Positions 15,401 to 30,400 of a stretch of 64,000 bases of DNA are shown here, one piece after another; within the stretch, counting starts at the first letter, position 1, and each line of letters begins with the position of its first letter. Source of the DNA: Balanoglossus misakiensis. Taxonomy: Eukaryota > Animalia > Hemichordata. The translations under genes were made by a program, and so were the position numbers. The stretch lies in NCBI GenBank assembly GCA_040954595.2, contig CM082594.2:4697319-4761318 (forward strand). Direction: 5' to 3'. The notes under the pieces were generated by a model that worked only from the letters and a program-made list of their open reading frames with translations, did no database searches and was not told where the DNA came from.

Positions 15401-18400
15401 ACTTTTAAGTGCCAGTAATTATAGTCAGGAAACTGCAAGAGACAACCTCGTTAGTAACAGGATAATTTATGACTGATGGTAGAACTGAAAGTGAATTGAA
15501 AGATCTGAAAAATGTAGATTATTTATTAACACACACCTCTCTAAATGCATGAGAGCTTAAAGCAGAAATCTTTTTATGGTTAGCAAAATCATAACCTCGG
15601 TACTTGGCCACCCTTGAGAGATAACAATTGAATATGCTTGGATGATCAGGAAATCAAGGCAATATTGATCCTTAGATAAAAGGAGATATTCTTCTTCACT
15701 GTGAACCTTGACCTTCCACAGTTATTTCCATGGTTTTCTTTTATAAGTTACATATCATAAGTATCATAAGTGTGCCGAAATATTGTGTATAATCCTCCTT
15801 AAAAACCAGAATGATTGAAAAATGTTACAGCAAGGCTGTGGTGACCAGTAAAAACTGAAGTTATGACAGAAAATAATATTAAGCCCTCTGCATATAATAC
15901 TTGTTAATTTTATGTGCAACTTTTTTGAACCACCCATTTTATAGAATATTGTTTCTCTGGATAAAAAATATCACATTTTGCAGTGTTTACTACATTCGTC
16001 AAGTTTGTCATACGAGAAACTAATTCGAACCCTTTTGAGTGAAACTCATTCTTTTCAAGAGAGTTTTATCTTATTTTTACTTTATCTATCATCTGACAGG
16101 TGTGATGTAATGATGAGTAAAGTGCCTTGCTCAAAAGGCACATTATCAGGGCTTACTCGCTCTGGATCAGGAACTCCCAATTCTCTGATTGTGAGACCAG
16201 TACTCTATATCCACTCTAACAAGATTGTACAGTGTGTCATGAATGTCATTAAAGAGTATAATAATTATCCGATTTATGCTAGGACACAAAAGCAATATAT
16301 TTTAGCCATATTTTAGCCTCACAAAATTTCCAAATATCAGTTATCATTGTTTTAAAATTTCACAAATAATGTCATTGTGTGAAAAAAGGGACTGTAATGC
16401 ACTTTGTTTGTAGACGACTGGAAATAAAAGATAAAATATTCAAGCAATCCCAAATGTGAGTGACATATAAAGTAGGAAATACTGCCGGTAATTCCAGTGA
16501 CTGAAGTATTTACTAAATTGACTTTAATAGCCTAAAAATTTAAGAAATCCTTATAATAACAATTTGAAGATGTAAAATTCTTGTGGGAAGCCATATTCTA
16601 TGTTGTGTTTATTTGTTCCCAGCATGCCATGCTTCTTAGCTGATACGAAGTAGTTAGTCTTAACACTTCATCATTAATGACACCTTGAATATCACTGACG
16701 TGTTTGTTTTGTGGAATTACAGTGCCACGCAGAAGATGCTGTTCACGAGATGGGACAGTTTTAGTATGATTTATATGAAGCAAATCAGGACAGATATATG
16801 TAGAGGGCATTAATGAAACTGGGACTGCACTATTCCCATAAGGTTTAAGTCTATCTCGGCTAGATTTGCACCTTCAGGGGAGAGATATTCATGCAGTATT
16901 ACATACAGCACACCACTCTCATGGATATTACATGATGTGAAATTGTCATCAAATTGCGAACTTTCATCGTGCCTTTCTCCACTTTTATGACCCAAATACC
17001 CGACGAGGTACGCGCGAGACAAACTTTTGGCCGGAGGGCGTAATTTGGCCACTGTTGCTACATACGGCATGTGATTTTTTTTAAAGGGCGCGTTTCTTGG
17101 AATTTACAGCCGTTGAACTTAACTGTTGGGCCCTGATGTCAATGGTGGTGGTCAATCCATCATATAGCGGGTGGGATGGGAAGTGGAGACAGCCCTCTGA
17201 TCAAATCACCTTGCCTGTAGGGGGAAAAGATTGACAAGTGACTTACATCATGGTGCAGCTGTAAATACCGGTATGATTAAGCTGGGAATTTGAATATAGA
17301 TGGGGTTTAGCGCGATGCGTGGCAGTTAAGATGTGATTGACTCGTGCAATAAGTTAATGTCCAGAATCAAACAAGCAAGCCCGTGCTATTTTTTTTCCTA
17401 CCAACTCTTCAGTGGACTAATTAGACCCAGTGACTCTTTAAACGGACAATAACACGTCGATATAAAAAGTAAATTTCACGGTGAATGCCACCTGGAAGCG
17501 GTGAGCGGGGCGATTTTCTCGCCAAGCGTCTTTGCATTTCTGCCGGCATGTCTGCACTTTAGACGGCAGTCGTGATTTAAATTTGCCTGAACCAAACATT
17601 AGCGAGAACGGGGGAAAACAGAGAGTTTTAAGATGCAGAGAGGGCCTACAGAGGTGTTTTGAGCGTGCTGGGTCTGTGCACTGTATATACTCAGAAACTG
17701 ACAGGTGTATCCAGTTCTAACAGTCACTGTGCTTCGAGAGGAAAATATACTCCCAGGAAAATCTCTCCTTTTATCAGAAAATGTCTTGTGCCTTCATCAA
17801 CTTCGAAACGTAAAAAGGTTTATGTCAAGAATTCGAAGGAAAGTATTAGCATATTAACAGAACCTTGCAATCTTTGATTAATTGTTAAGTCAGGCCTCAT
17901 TTTTTGGCTTTAGCTAGCGTCTTCAAGCCATGTTGGAATAACGCAATTTCCACAAAGTAATTCCGTGTTCAATTCCACACTTGATTTTAGATTCATTGTT
18001 TTGTATTTTTATGCATCTGAACTTTTATTTCTATTCTTCATTCTTTCCAGTTGGTAAATGTGCCTTCTTTTCTTGTAAGACCCCTTTTCCCCGCAAAACC
18101 GCATTCTGTCAAACGCACAATCGACGGTTGATCAACTCTTAAAACATTCAGAATGAGATCAAGTCTTGCGTTTCTTGGAATATTTGATAATGCCTTCAGA
18201 ATTGACACTTTAAGTAAGACGTGGGCGTCTGGGAAATGTCAGCCGCCCTTTCACAGCAGCAGCGCCAATAAACTGTGTGATGTGAAATATGGTTCAGTGC
18301 GGTCAGAATGAAGTTGTTTTAAAGACATTTTGGCATGTGTGGAGGCCAGGGAGCCAAGCTGATAATTGTGCAGACCCATCATTTATCGTTGTATTCAGAT

Positions 18401-21400
18401 TTTGTCTGGTTTAGAGCTTCGGTAAAGTGATGTTGATCTTCCGAACAGCTGAGATGAATATTTCAAATGAAAAAGTGTGCAGAGCATTGTGTATAAATAG
18501 TTCTTTCAGATTTTTGACTGAAATGCAGACATTTTCAAATGTGTATATATGAAAGCAAGCATGTGTTGTCGTAGTCAATCCTGTACTGCTTGCAATTGTC
18601 AACTGGAGCTAAATACGCAGAAACAGACCCAGTCTCGTGTGCCACATTTTCGAAATGGAAGACAAAAGTAACAACAGGCATTTTATACCTGCAGTGATGG
18701 ATTTTAACCTAAGATTCCCGGACCGATTTGTCTTTTGTGCACTTAGGATGTGAGGGGGTGCATGTTAATAGGATATGGGCATATTTGACAATTTGCATGC
18801 AGATGTTGTGAATTATTAGTAATGACACGCATTAACTCTGCAAGCATTCATTGAAGTTGGCTCCTAAGATTGCTCATTGCCGTGTCGTGTCTCGCAACGA
18901 CCCTTTCTACAGGGTGATTTAACAGGTTACTCTGCCATCATGGCTTCTAGTGACTCCATATAAATTACAACCTGTTCTGCGCGCTGAACACTCACTGTGA
19001 ATGCTAATCGACGTTAAACCGGCCAACAGGTCAAATAGAGGGGAAAACTGTCAGAAAACCTGTGACAGAAATTTACGCAAAAGCAAATGGCAGTTTAGAG
19101 TTCAATTTGCCGGGTTTGGAATGTTCACAGGTTCAAAATTTCCTCTTCCTGGAAATTTACATAATTATAGAGCATCAGCCTCAGTGTATGTAACTGTAGT
19201 ATTATTGTTCTTTAAGACCTATCATAAAATTTACTAGAAAAAGGCTATTATTATGCAAATGTGCTGTACTGCAATGTTTGTTTTCCATATGTAACACCAC
19301 AAGTATTTTGTCCTAAGGATTTGCCAGCTTTATTACGGTCAAGTATAATTACCACTATCAAAAGCAGCAAATTAATAAAATAGATTGAAATTTATGCCAT
19401 GAACAGTTTTACTGTTTCTTTTAATCACATCACCAATTAAGATTTATTCTGAGAAAAAAACATCTAAGTCTGTGAGAAGGAATATGAGTGTATGTTAAAA
19501 CAAAGCAATGATTTCTGATCTTACTGTGAGCATCAGCATTACTTGGAGAAGTGTATTGAAATGATGAAGAATGATGTAGTGTACACACAACCCCCTGACT
19601 GTGAATACAGAACACCTGTTATAATTCCTTATGGGATCCATCATCATTATGTTTGCTCGGGGATCGACTTCGCGAAAATAAAGGGACGGGTTAGATGAAA
19701 GAACTGTAGGGCTTAGGCACTTCAATTGTGTAAAAAAGAAAGGTGATATCGCACTTCCATCTGTGAAAGTTAAATTAATGATTGCAGCGTAAAGAGTCTA
19801 GTGCCATCTGAAACGACTACAGTCTGGACAGGACTGTGAACATATATTTTCCTCGGGTGTCTTCGGATAGAGAATTGACACAACATCAAATGTAACATTG
19901 AGGTGTACTTTTTTATGCTCTATGGGTAATTTTACTACTCAAAAGATCAATTTTAACAAAAAATTTGAGTTGGTTCAAAGTAAACAACATATTAAAGTAC
20001 ACGCAATAATATTCAAATTCTAAAAGAAATGTCTTTTATTTCCACGGACTATTTTGTGAACAGTAATAATGTCATTTTAATACATCATTGACTTTAAATA
20101 CTGACTTTTATTCTTAACAGTAATAAAATCACACTTCTCCACGAGTCCAATTAAAATGACCAGTGGCCTTGTTTTCTGCTTAATGTCAATCATCAGACCA
20201 TGATCATTAGCGCAGTAGTCTATCAGATCATGGAAACAGCCAGTACATCACAAAAATGCAGGGCCCTGGTGTTGATTGAACCCTAGGGGATCTATGCTTT
20301 CATTATATCAAGGTGTCACAGTGTATAGCCATCATGTCGGTGACGTGTGCAATTAGTGAGTATGGCATTTTGTGTCATGTAAAATACATCAGTGTTTGTC
20401 GCAAATGCTGATTGTTGCCATTCTCTAACATTGCTGGTACAGAAACATAAATTTGCATGATCTTTAATTTTAACAATCAAGTGTTATAAAATTATCTTGA
20501 TTGTTGTTTGTGCAGTTTGCATAAATTAATAGTACTGTACTGTAAATGACTTTAGCTGGCAGTGCCTTGAATATATATGTTAATATTTTTAAGACCATGA
20601 TGTTCATCATAAGCATACCTGCCCGAAAATGTTAACTGAGTTGCATCATAATCGTAATTTTTTCAGGCAATTTCAGAAAGAGAAAGGGGATCTTTTCAAA
20701 GTAAGATTTTTACTCAACACATGATTATAAGTGATTTACATAATATGCAAATTGCAGTGGCAGCAAATCAAGATGAATTGTCAATACTGATTTAAAATTA
20801 CATTAGATTCATTAGAAAAGGGTATGTGGACATCTGCTTAAATAAATTACAGGCATGTACATTGCACACACACATAAGATAAGAGAGTCAACATGCCAAT
20901 GACAAGAGCATAAGAGATTCGTAAGTGGTACTCTGCAAACATAGGATTCTCGACACCCTTACTCCCACTGGTACTTGCTGGATAGACTTTCCACTTGCCA
21001 CCTTATCAACTTTCAACACTCGTGTGTACTGGTTGTGCCGACGTGTGCTGAGGGTTCACGGAATCTGGGGAAGTTCTAATCCCGGATAACCTCGGAATTT
21101 TCAAGTCTGCACTGTTGTCCCTCTCTCCTGAGATCCTTGAACTTCGTTAAGATCTTTGTGTTTATTCATTGGGATTGAACTTTTTCTTCCATTCGTCAAA
21201 ATATTTAAGTGCAGAGTTAAGCCGTTTCTCAGAACTCACCTTGTCTTGAAGTGAGAGTACAAGCCTGGAAATGTAATGAGGTCTAAACATGTCATTAATT
21301 GGCAAATTAAAAACATAATTACCACTACGTGACCTACCCACAGTTCCATTTCTACCTTAACATCGTTAGTGCCCACTCATATTGATAGAATATTTGACAC

Positions 21401-24400
21401 AGCTAGATATTAAAAATAAGCATATTTTGTCAATATTAAATTAAAAAAATTACCAACATTTTAGTGATTAATGACTGCCAAAGTCTGCATTAACTCTATA
21501 GGAAAAATATTTTATTTTATTTTCCTGAAAACATGAGACTTTAATTTTTTCTTGTGAATAAATCATAACCATCCATTTGCCTTTTAAAGTTTTTAAACAT
21601 TTCTACATTATTTTGATGCTATAGAGAATAGAAGAATTCAAGGTAATGTCATTTTTTTCTGAGATGCATAGTTCACTCACTTAGTAGTTAATTTTTAGCA
21701 CACACAACCACAACTGATAGCAATGCATAATCTCTCTTTCTGTTTAGCGATCACAGGTGAAGCTGTTCTCTATCTTATATCAGGGCTTTAGGCGAGATTA
21801 GACGTGCAAAACATTTACTGGCGCTAGATAGGGAGATTTAGGTCACTCTGGATATGTTTCTCGGAAAATTAACAAAAGTGCTTCAGGAAAATATATTTAA
21901 ATTTCCCTGAACGCTTTGCGACAGAAAGTTGCACTTTTTATCCACCAATTGATGATTGTGTGGAGGACATCTTGGTATGCTGAAATCTTTAGTAAATGAA
22001 ACAGGTATTCTCATTTAAGATTTTCCTTTTCAAGTATCAAAAAACTAGAAGCACTTTTTGATTACTTCACGACTACCCACAGAAAGATATCTGATACTGA
22101 ACTCCATAGGTTAATACACCAGTAGATGTATATTACATTATAAGATTTAAGAAGTCCTTTCTAATAATATTCATAGCTGTATTTTATAATAGGAGTTTAT
22201 CCTATGACGTTATCAATGATTGCAAAATGATGTAACTTGGTTTAATTTATCAAAATATCCGTAGATTTGATGAGGTTGTCTTTCAATAATCTCGAACAGA
22301 CTGTATGATTCATGCTTATCATAAAAAGGTTATCTACTTGCAGAGTGGGTAGTATACTTAAGACTGGCACCACTCGCTTGTGGAGAAGATTATTTAAGGA
22401 AGCGAGATCGCAAGCGATTTCAAATGGCACTTGTGCGCTCAAGAAATGTGACCTACATATCTTGCCGGCAATAGGATTTGCCGGAGTGCTCTTACAAAGG
22501 TCACTGTTGATGCAGCTCAGCTTTGCCAATTTACGGCTAAATTTAGTCTGAAAGGGGGTGAAGGATCTGTAGGTTGGCGTCATCGGTAAAAAAAGTATAT
22601 TATGAACCTACAAGCTTTATTGCGTCAGAAAGAAGGGGAGGTGGGCGTGAGAGTATCTGTCTCGGTTATGTGAAGTTTTCCGTCTCAGGACTGTTGCTAT
22701 AGTAAGCACGAAATAGATTGTGGATTCTTTTCCGTCATTATTCCACAAGTCACCTGTTCGTAATTGAAGTTAGATATACAAGATATATTTAACATTCTGG
22801 CAAAAAGTTTCAATTCTATGTACAATGTATACTATACTTAACGTATTTAGGCATTAATCCTTAAACATTTCTAAGCTTACTTTCAAACATTTTAAATCAT
22901 TCATGGATGCTGGGTGTGAATCAATTGTTAAGTTACAAATCTTTAGAAATTAGATGGAATGCCTGAAAGAGTATTGTCCAAATGCTATGTACACTATTTA
23001 AAATGTGTATGTACTAGTTTGTACGTGTCTGTCTGCACACACACACATGTTCTAATTTAACCTCCGTCTTCGCAGAAGCACTAGAAGTGAGAAATCTTCT
23101 GCAGGAAGTCGTAGAAAAACATCTGCAGACGTACAACAGTCAGTATTTTCCAAAAACGGCAGTAATCAGATTCCAGTGTGTGATATTTTTAGTAGCACTC
23201 CTGCGCGAGAAACCTCAGAAATGAAGCAGATTTGCTGATGTGCCTGGGATGTTCCACTGGTTGGTGTTCTCGGATACAATCTCTTGTTGCACTTTTAATC
23301 CCTCTTCTCCGGGTGGTTCGAGAATTAACCTTTGGGATAATTAAGAAGGAATTTGTTAGAAACTCCCATTGCTGCATGATGATCCCAACTCAACTTTATG
23401 TCTACCCTGGATATTTATGTATTTTGTTGCTTGCTTTTCTTGTGGCTTCTTTTTTTTCTCGGACATTACATTTTCTTTAGTCTGCAACTGAATGCATACA
23501 TTTTGCCTAAAGCAAGGATTGTGCGGAAGAAAATATTGTTGTAAGAAAAGTACCGATGAAGGATACAAAATTAATACTACCATTTGTAGGTTTTTTTAGC
23601 TCCCATTTGGAGCTTATCAAATCGGTCAGCTTTTGTCGTCTCTGTTTTTTTTGTGTATTATGTATGTCTGCATGTCCACTTCAAATATGTTGGAATAATT
23701 GTATTTTAAGGCCATTTTTGGTCAAAAACTGTAATTGTTGTCAATTCCTTCAAAACTTCGGAGGGTCCTGGGGGTGTTTTCAGTATGATGTGCCGAAATT
23801 GTGGTGAACTGTCAAACGAAAGATGGAAACAATTGATGTATTACGTTTGTACAATGCTCGGTCACAAACACCTGGTGATATGTTTGATGCGGACCTAAGC
23901 CAGCAGACACCGCGTATGGCACGTTCATTTGACTTAATTAACAAAGACCTTGGCAATGTGGAGTGCTGTCAACCTGGTGATGGATGTGAACGCTGCCATC
24001 TGTGTCAAGGTTGGCTGTTTGCATCAAGTGGCAAATGGACAGCGCTGTCGATACGCGATCGTTCACCAGCTGACTGTGACCTTGACATTCGTTGCATGTC
24101 CACCTACACACCTCCCTACACCCACCACCTGCCTGTGTTTTTAAAATCACAGAGCAGAACAGTCAATCCTTCTCGTTTGAAAAACATTCACAAATTGAAA
24201 CAACACAAGTTTCTTACTCCGTCTTCTGTAAACAATCTGGAAATGGTCTTTACAAGAACTTTGATCAGACTACTGCCTCTGGAAAATAACAGAGGAGGGG
24301 GAATATAGTTCTAGATTGTGTGTCCAAATGCATCAATTAATGTCTGAAGAAACATTTAATTTGCCTCATTTAACTTTGAGTTATAATTTTGTTGGTTTAA

Positions 24401-27400
24401 CTAGAACAGAGGGGGACATTTTCAAGTACATTGCTCAAAATTCCCTTTTGAGAAAAAAAAACATGAACAAAAAGCTATTAAAAACTTCTGGACATGTTAT
24501 TACAAATGATTTTATCCCCCCCCCTCCCCCACTTTTACATTTTGCAACTACCTGATGTTATAGTGTCCACAATGAATAGATTGGCAGTGTAGTAGTGCAA
24601 TTATCATGCATAGATACTGTTGATTACACTCCCGCTCCCAACTCCGTCCACTGATATCTCATGACTGACAAGAGATATCATTTCCCCTACTATCTCTCGA
24701 ACTAATTCCATTCTCTTGTCAACACGAAGCATCATAGATGTAATGAACATGCCAAGTCCGTATTTTAATTAATTCCCTGTATTATGGACACAGTTTGTAG
24801 TTTGGGGAAGAAAGTTCTGGACTGGACTGGGAAGATATCATAGCCCGGAAAGTAATTATTTTGATTCAAATTAAAAAGAATATAATGAATATTCGGATTC
24901 AAATTTACTGATAGAAGATCACCAGTCATTCCAGCTCTTTCACACAGAACATGGTTGATTGATTTTCAGGGGGGGGGGGGAAACTGCAACATTTCAGTTT
25001 TGAGGAGAATTGCTGAGTTACATTCTTGAAATTTATCGAAGCTTAGCCATCTTGCAGAAAATCTATTAAAATAAATCACAGCTTTTCTGCATTTTAAGTG
25101 TCTAGATAAATTAAATGACAGCAAAACGCATGTGACTTTACTTTACTTTAAATTTCGTTTTATAATTGAAAAGTTGTTATGAAAAAAAAACACAATTTGA
25201 ATGTTTTACACTTTGTGAATTAAGTATAGCTAATTCTCCTTACAACTGAACAATTAAGCTCAACCAATGCGTTGGTGAGCTTTGTGTTGAACACAACACT
25301 CATTTCTCCATATGGCTGTATGCACTTCAAGAGATTACAGACGGCAAATTGTTTTTTATTTGCCGGAAATCATGCATGAATTCTGTATTTCATTTCATGC
25401 ACTGTCATTAAATGCTTTTGTGGGAATAAATGTGATATATTGGGACCACGCTGAAGTGGAAAAAAGTGTACATAAGTAATGAGGAGACATCTTGTTCCCC
25501 ATTAACCAGTAAATTATGTTTGTTCCTATAGGCATTCTCAGAACATGTGTTAATATTTTATTGCTACCAGCATACACTAAAAACTTAAATGCAAAACAGA
25601 ATCTAACTCCATGTTGTTGTACATTGGCTTTCCATAGTCCCTAGAGCAGATTACAAATTCTACTAGCATTGTTGGCTGTCACAGGGAAAATTTGTAGATC
25701 GTCCACTCTAAAACTGCCATAAACTAAAACTGAAAAAAAATGTCCCATAAATAATTGGTCACTCTCACACTGCAGTAATCTCAAACACTGGGGAATAAAA
25801 CACATCTGACAAATTCTTGGTAAAGTTTTGACATATGTGAATTACAGCGGAATATCGGGCAGAAAAATCGAACATTGTAAATCTTTAATAAATGCACAGA
25901 AACATATTGACATTTTTCTCTCCTCGTATTGACGGCAGTCAGCGGTTGTATCGTGAGAATCCTGTGATCCCTATGAAAGTGTCATTTTCAAATCGATGGA
26001 CGCTAATCTGACACAGATTAGCCTGGCCCTTATCCTTCAATCCCCCTGAAAATAGGCTCAGCTCTCATACACAATATCTTTGATGAACAAAATTATACTC
26101 GGTGCGAATATAATGGAAATGAAAAGGAACGAAATTGCTACACAGTACTCATCCCAACCGTCAAATATGAGTCAAATGCGTTGTGAAGTGAAATCCTTCG
26201 CATGCCTAGTCCCAGGAGAGTTCATCGCAAATTAACAGTCTGAAAGTAATCTGGGAGTCTATTCTGCGATACAGAACACCCCAATATGCATTGGAATGCC
26301 AAGGGTTAGCTGAAAAGAATCATAATAGCGCATTAAATGGTAATTATTCCCCCTGAATTTGTACCTATTTATACCGAGATTTTCCCGGGTATTTTTATCT
26401 GAGCAAAGGGGAATGGAATCTGTAATGAAGTGCAGGCTTTCTCCCCAGTGGTCGTCATATTCCGTAATGTATGTTCATGTTGTACGCCGGCCGACCTTCT
26501 GACATTCATTGCTGGTACTACAGATAGATCAACACTCAGGTTAACCTGCCCCAGGGGCACAGCCAGCTTCTTGTGGGCACGTCCATCCATCTCACTCTGA
26601 GCTTTGTATATTGTAGGGACGGGTCATTTCATCTGGAGAGAGGGGGGGGGGGAGTCTTTGCTTGTAAACCCTGCTGTAGTCATTCAGGCTTCGTTATCAC
26701 TTTGATCGTATTGATGTTCGCGTTTCTGACGAGATGAATTTGTATTGATGGGATGTGACGTGTGGACCATATGTTTTTTTTTTTATTATTATTATCAATT
26801 TTTGAGTGTCTGGTACAAATCTACCACAATCAAAATTGGTTTGCCGGTCACAGCAGCAAGAACACCGTATCTGAAATTGTTGCTGCATGGACTCTTACTG
26901 ATTAGAACTAACTCATATACACGCATGAGCAAACCATATCTGCATGCCTGATACATATAAGCCATATGTCCTCCAGATAAATAAGTTGTAATTTGGTGAA
27001 AAAGACGCGAATGAAAGCCTTGAACTTCACTTTAAATCTGCAAGTCAAATGGAACTATTACCAAGAGTATGTGCACAGTAGAATCACTCAGTGGAAAAAC
27101 ATGCATGATAAATTTTGAATTTCATGAAAAACATGACCTATATGTTGCTATGGATTGCATTTTATTCAGAGAGTTTGTGTTCTTTATGATTTTAATAAAC
27201 CATCATAAGCATTATTAACATGCAGATATTACCTGTACATCTGAAACCAACCGATTACTAATATTTATTAAGAATATTGATAAAACCCCACTTTAGATAC
27301 ATAACGCACAAATGAAATATTTTTTTATTTGCCTAGTCTGAGATGAGATGGAGTCAATATGGTCAAAATTTAATCAAAATATTCTAGACTTCACTTCCCA

Positions 27401-30400
27401 CCTACGCTGCTGTCTAATTTCCATGAAAGAACATGATCTGCATACAATTTACAGTGCTGCGTTGGTCACAAATAGTATGCATCATCACGTAGATATGAAT
27501 ATCTTGAATTTGTGTATTATGTGCTGTGAATTTCCTCAACACAATTTGATCAAAGTTTTACATTGTACATAGTGTGTTTATACACATTTTCTTTCTGTCC
27601 CTGACTTTCATGTTGAATAGTCACATTGCGTGCTCCTTTGAATAAGAAATGTATGATACTCGTCCAAGCCGTTGAGTACCATAACACTGTAGTTTCCTCT
27701 TTCAAACTATCAACACTGGCAAACACATGATTAATTTTCAATGCACCAGTTACATTTTTTGTACAGTTCTGCATAACATGAGGATAAACTTTCCCCAAAG
27801 GATAAACTTTCCCATGCTCACCAGTATTATATGTAAAAATTATGCCAAAAATTAGTTCGTCCATGAGAACAAATAGAATTTACCCACCGGGGAAAAAATA
27901 AAAGGTTTGCATTAAAGGTTTTGCATTTACCTGTCTGCATGCATGCTTTTGCCATGAGGTGCCTAGTGAATTATTGATCAGTGATTACATGTTTTCCGTG
28001 GAATATAAATAAAAGTGCGAATTAACCTAGTTGTACAATGATCCTTTCACAAAAACAAGCGATACAATCAACCACAGGTAAGCCAAAATGCATTTTGTGG
28101 TTTAGATTCCCTGCAGTCTTAGATGCAAACCAAGGCACCTGGGCAGAATCATATCATTAAAATCTATGAAATCATCACTGTGATATTGTTAAGGTGTTAT
28201 TCGGGTCATCGCGAACTCTGTGCGTAACCTTCAAATAAAAAGAGTGAAGTTGCCAGGGGGAAATTGGGATAACACTATTTGTGATCAGGTTTTCTACCTT
28301 TAGCTGAATTGTATTCTGTTGTTCGTGAATATACACTTATCAATATCTGGAACCCATTCAAAAGTGGACAATTTGCTCCCTCCGTATGCATGTTGATTGC
28401 ATTCAGGTTAGATGTCATTGCAGTGATTTTTTTTGCGCTTCACTGAGGTGAAATGCATGCTAGACATAAAAAAACAACAACCGAGTTTGCACAAAGACTT
28501 AGCTGCAACCTCAGTGGGATAGAACTGAGTTGTGGCTATGCCTCAGCGGTCAAAGTAGAATGTTTCGTAGCTCGTTGACCTAATATCTTGTGCGAAAAAA
28601 AGTGCAAAGTAACATGTCAATGAACTGTGTTGAAAAGTAGATCTCCATAGTGCCACCATTATCAGAATAGAACACAGCAAGAGTTTTTTAAGATGTTCGC
28701 ATTAATTTCCAGGTGATGTCCCCATTCTGCAGTGTGTACATGTACTGCAGAGGTGCATGCTTGATTTATTTCCCCCCCCCCCCACCCAAATAAAATAAAT
28801 CAGATTGCCTGGCTTTTAATGTGTGCAAACAGTTCTTATGTTTGTAAAACATGTATTTTTCTCGACAAGTAAACTGTAAGTTTGGACCTACATTTATTTT
28901 GACAACATATCTGCTAAATGTATAACATATTTATCAAGGAAATAATCAAAGATATCCATTACACATGTAAAAACAGCTATGCGTCCAAACAAATTATTAA
29001 ATGTATTCTTGGTGTCACTGGTGAGCTTGTTCAGTTTGTTTGAATATCAAGGTAATTCTCCACAAAGTGTATTCAGTCTGTATTCGTCGACGTAAATCAT
29101 CACATGTTATGCTAGAATGAACATTAAAGAACATCCTTGCAGCATGCGCCAATAAATTTTTTGTGTGCCAATTAATTTTGATTAAACTGCTGATCACGAA
29201 TGTAGGAGACTGGACTCTCTGGAGAGTTGGAAAGTAATTTATGGAGAGATACGTGAGATGATGAATGAGATGATTGCACTGTGAAAGTGCAGTTGTCCGT
29301 TGGGTAGATTGCGTCTACTGCGGTATACTATAACATTCTTTTGATAGAACTATTTGCTTGCAAAGTACAGTGAGAATACTCAATAGGCAAGGTGTTGATG
29401 ATCCCTGGGTCTGGTGTTGTTGCTATGGGCCGACTGCTGTTGTTGTGGGTGTGGTATTCATCATAGCCATCAGTGTGTATATGCCAGACAATGTTTTGTA
29501 GAACATGTTTGTGTGAAAAACTTTTGATTTAAAAAAAATTATGTTAATAGAACAGCCTGTAACCAATCGCCGTGCACGCTGTGTCATTCACTAAGGGTTC
29601 CACCTCAATTCTTTTGAATTGCAAACAACAGAAGTTTGTTAACATAGTCAGTAAATCTCACAACTTTAAATGAACAGATTGTTTCAAATTAGGCTTAATT
29701 CATCCTGAGAGTAGGTGGAACAAATGTTTCTTTTGAAGAGATCTGTAGGTGTGAAAGTGAAAGGGAAAGTAAGGAAAACAACTAAGTCTCCTTCATATTT
29801 TCATACGTCCAAAATTTCAGAGGAGATGCGTGCAGTCGAAGGCAGTGATTTAAATTTATCATGTACATATTTTAATTTTCTGTGGCCCCGCTGGGAGTTG
29901 AACAAGAAAGTGAAGGTGATACACGACAAAAAAAATACTGCAAAAATAATCAACAGTTACAGCTAGTAAAGCTTTTAAGCTTCATTTGGAATTAAACTGC
30001 AGGATGCATTTGAATCAAGCGACATTTATGCATTAGGCGGCAGAGTTCGGGGAATGGAAGTGTAAATTATTGATAAGAAATCCAGTCATTGTCACATGTT
30101 GTCTTCATAGACACACTAATGGAAACCAGTAGATATACGATACATAGAACCTTTATATTTGAGTATTTTTGAAATGTTAGGTTGATGATTGTATGGCCCA
30201 AATGGTTTAAAATAAAGGATCTATTCTCCTGAACTTTTGACAGCAGAGTATGGAATATTAATATTTGTATATCTATGTAAACCTTGTACTGTCAGAAAAA
30301 TGTAACTCAAGATTTTTTGTTTTGTGAGCTTAAAGGAATACAGTCACCTCCAATTTACATACGCCCATATATGGCTGAAATGGCGTATTTGAGAGTTCTA

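Noticed and set aside
23823-24308. 161-aa intronic ORF with a few Cys residues
   Set aside because: No recognisable domain or splice support; length is compatible with chance
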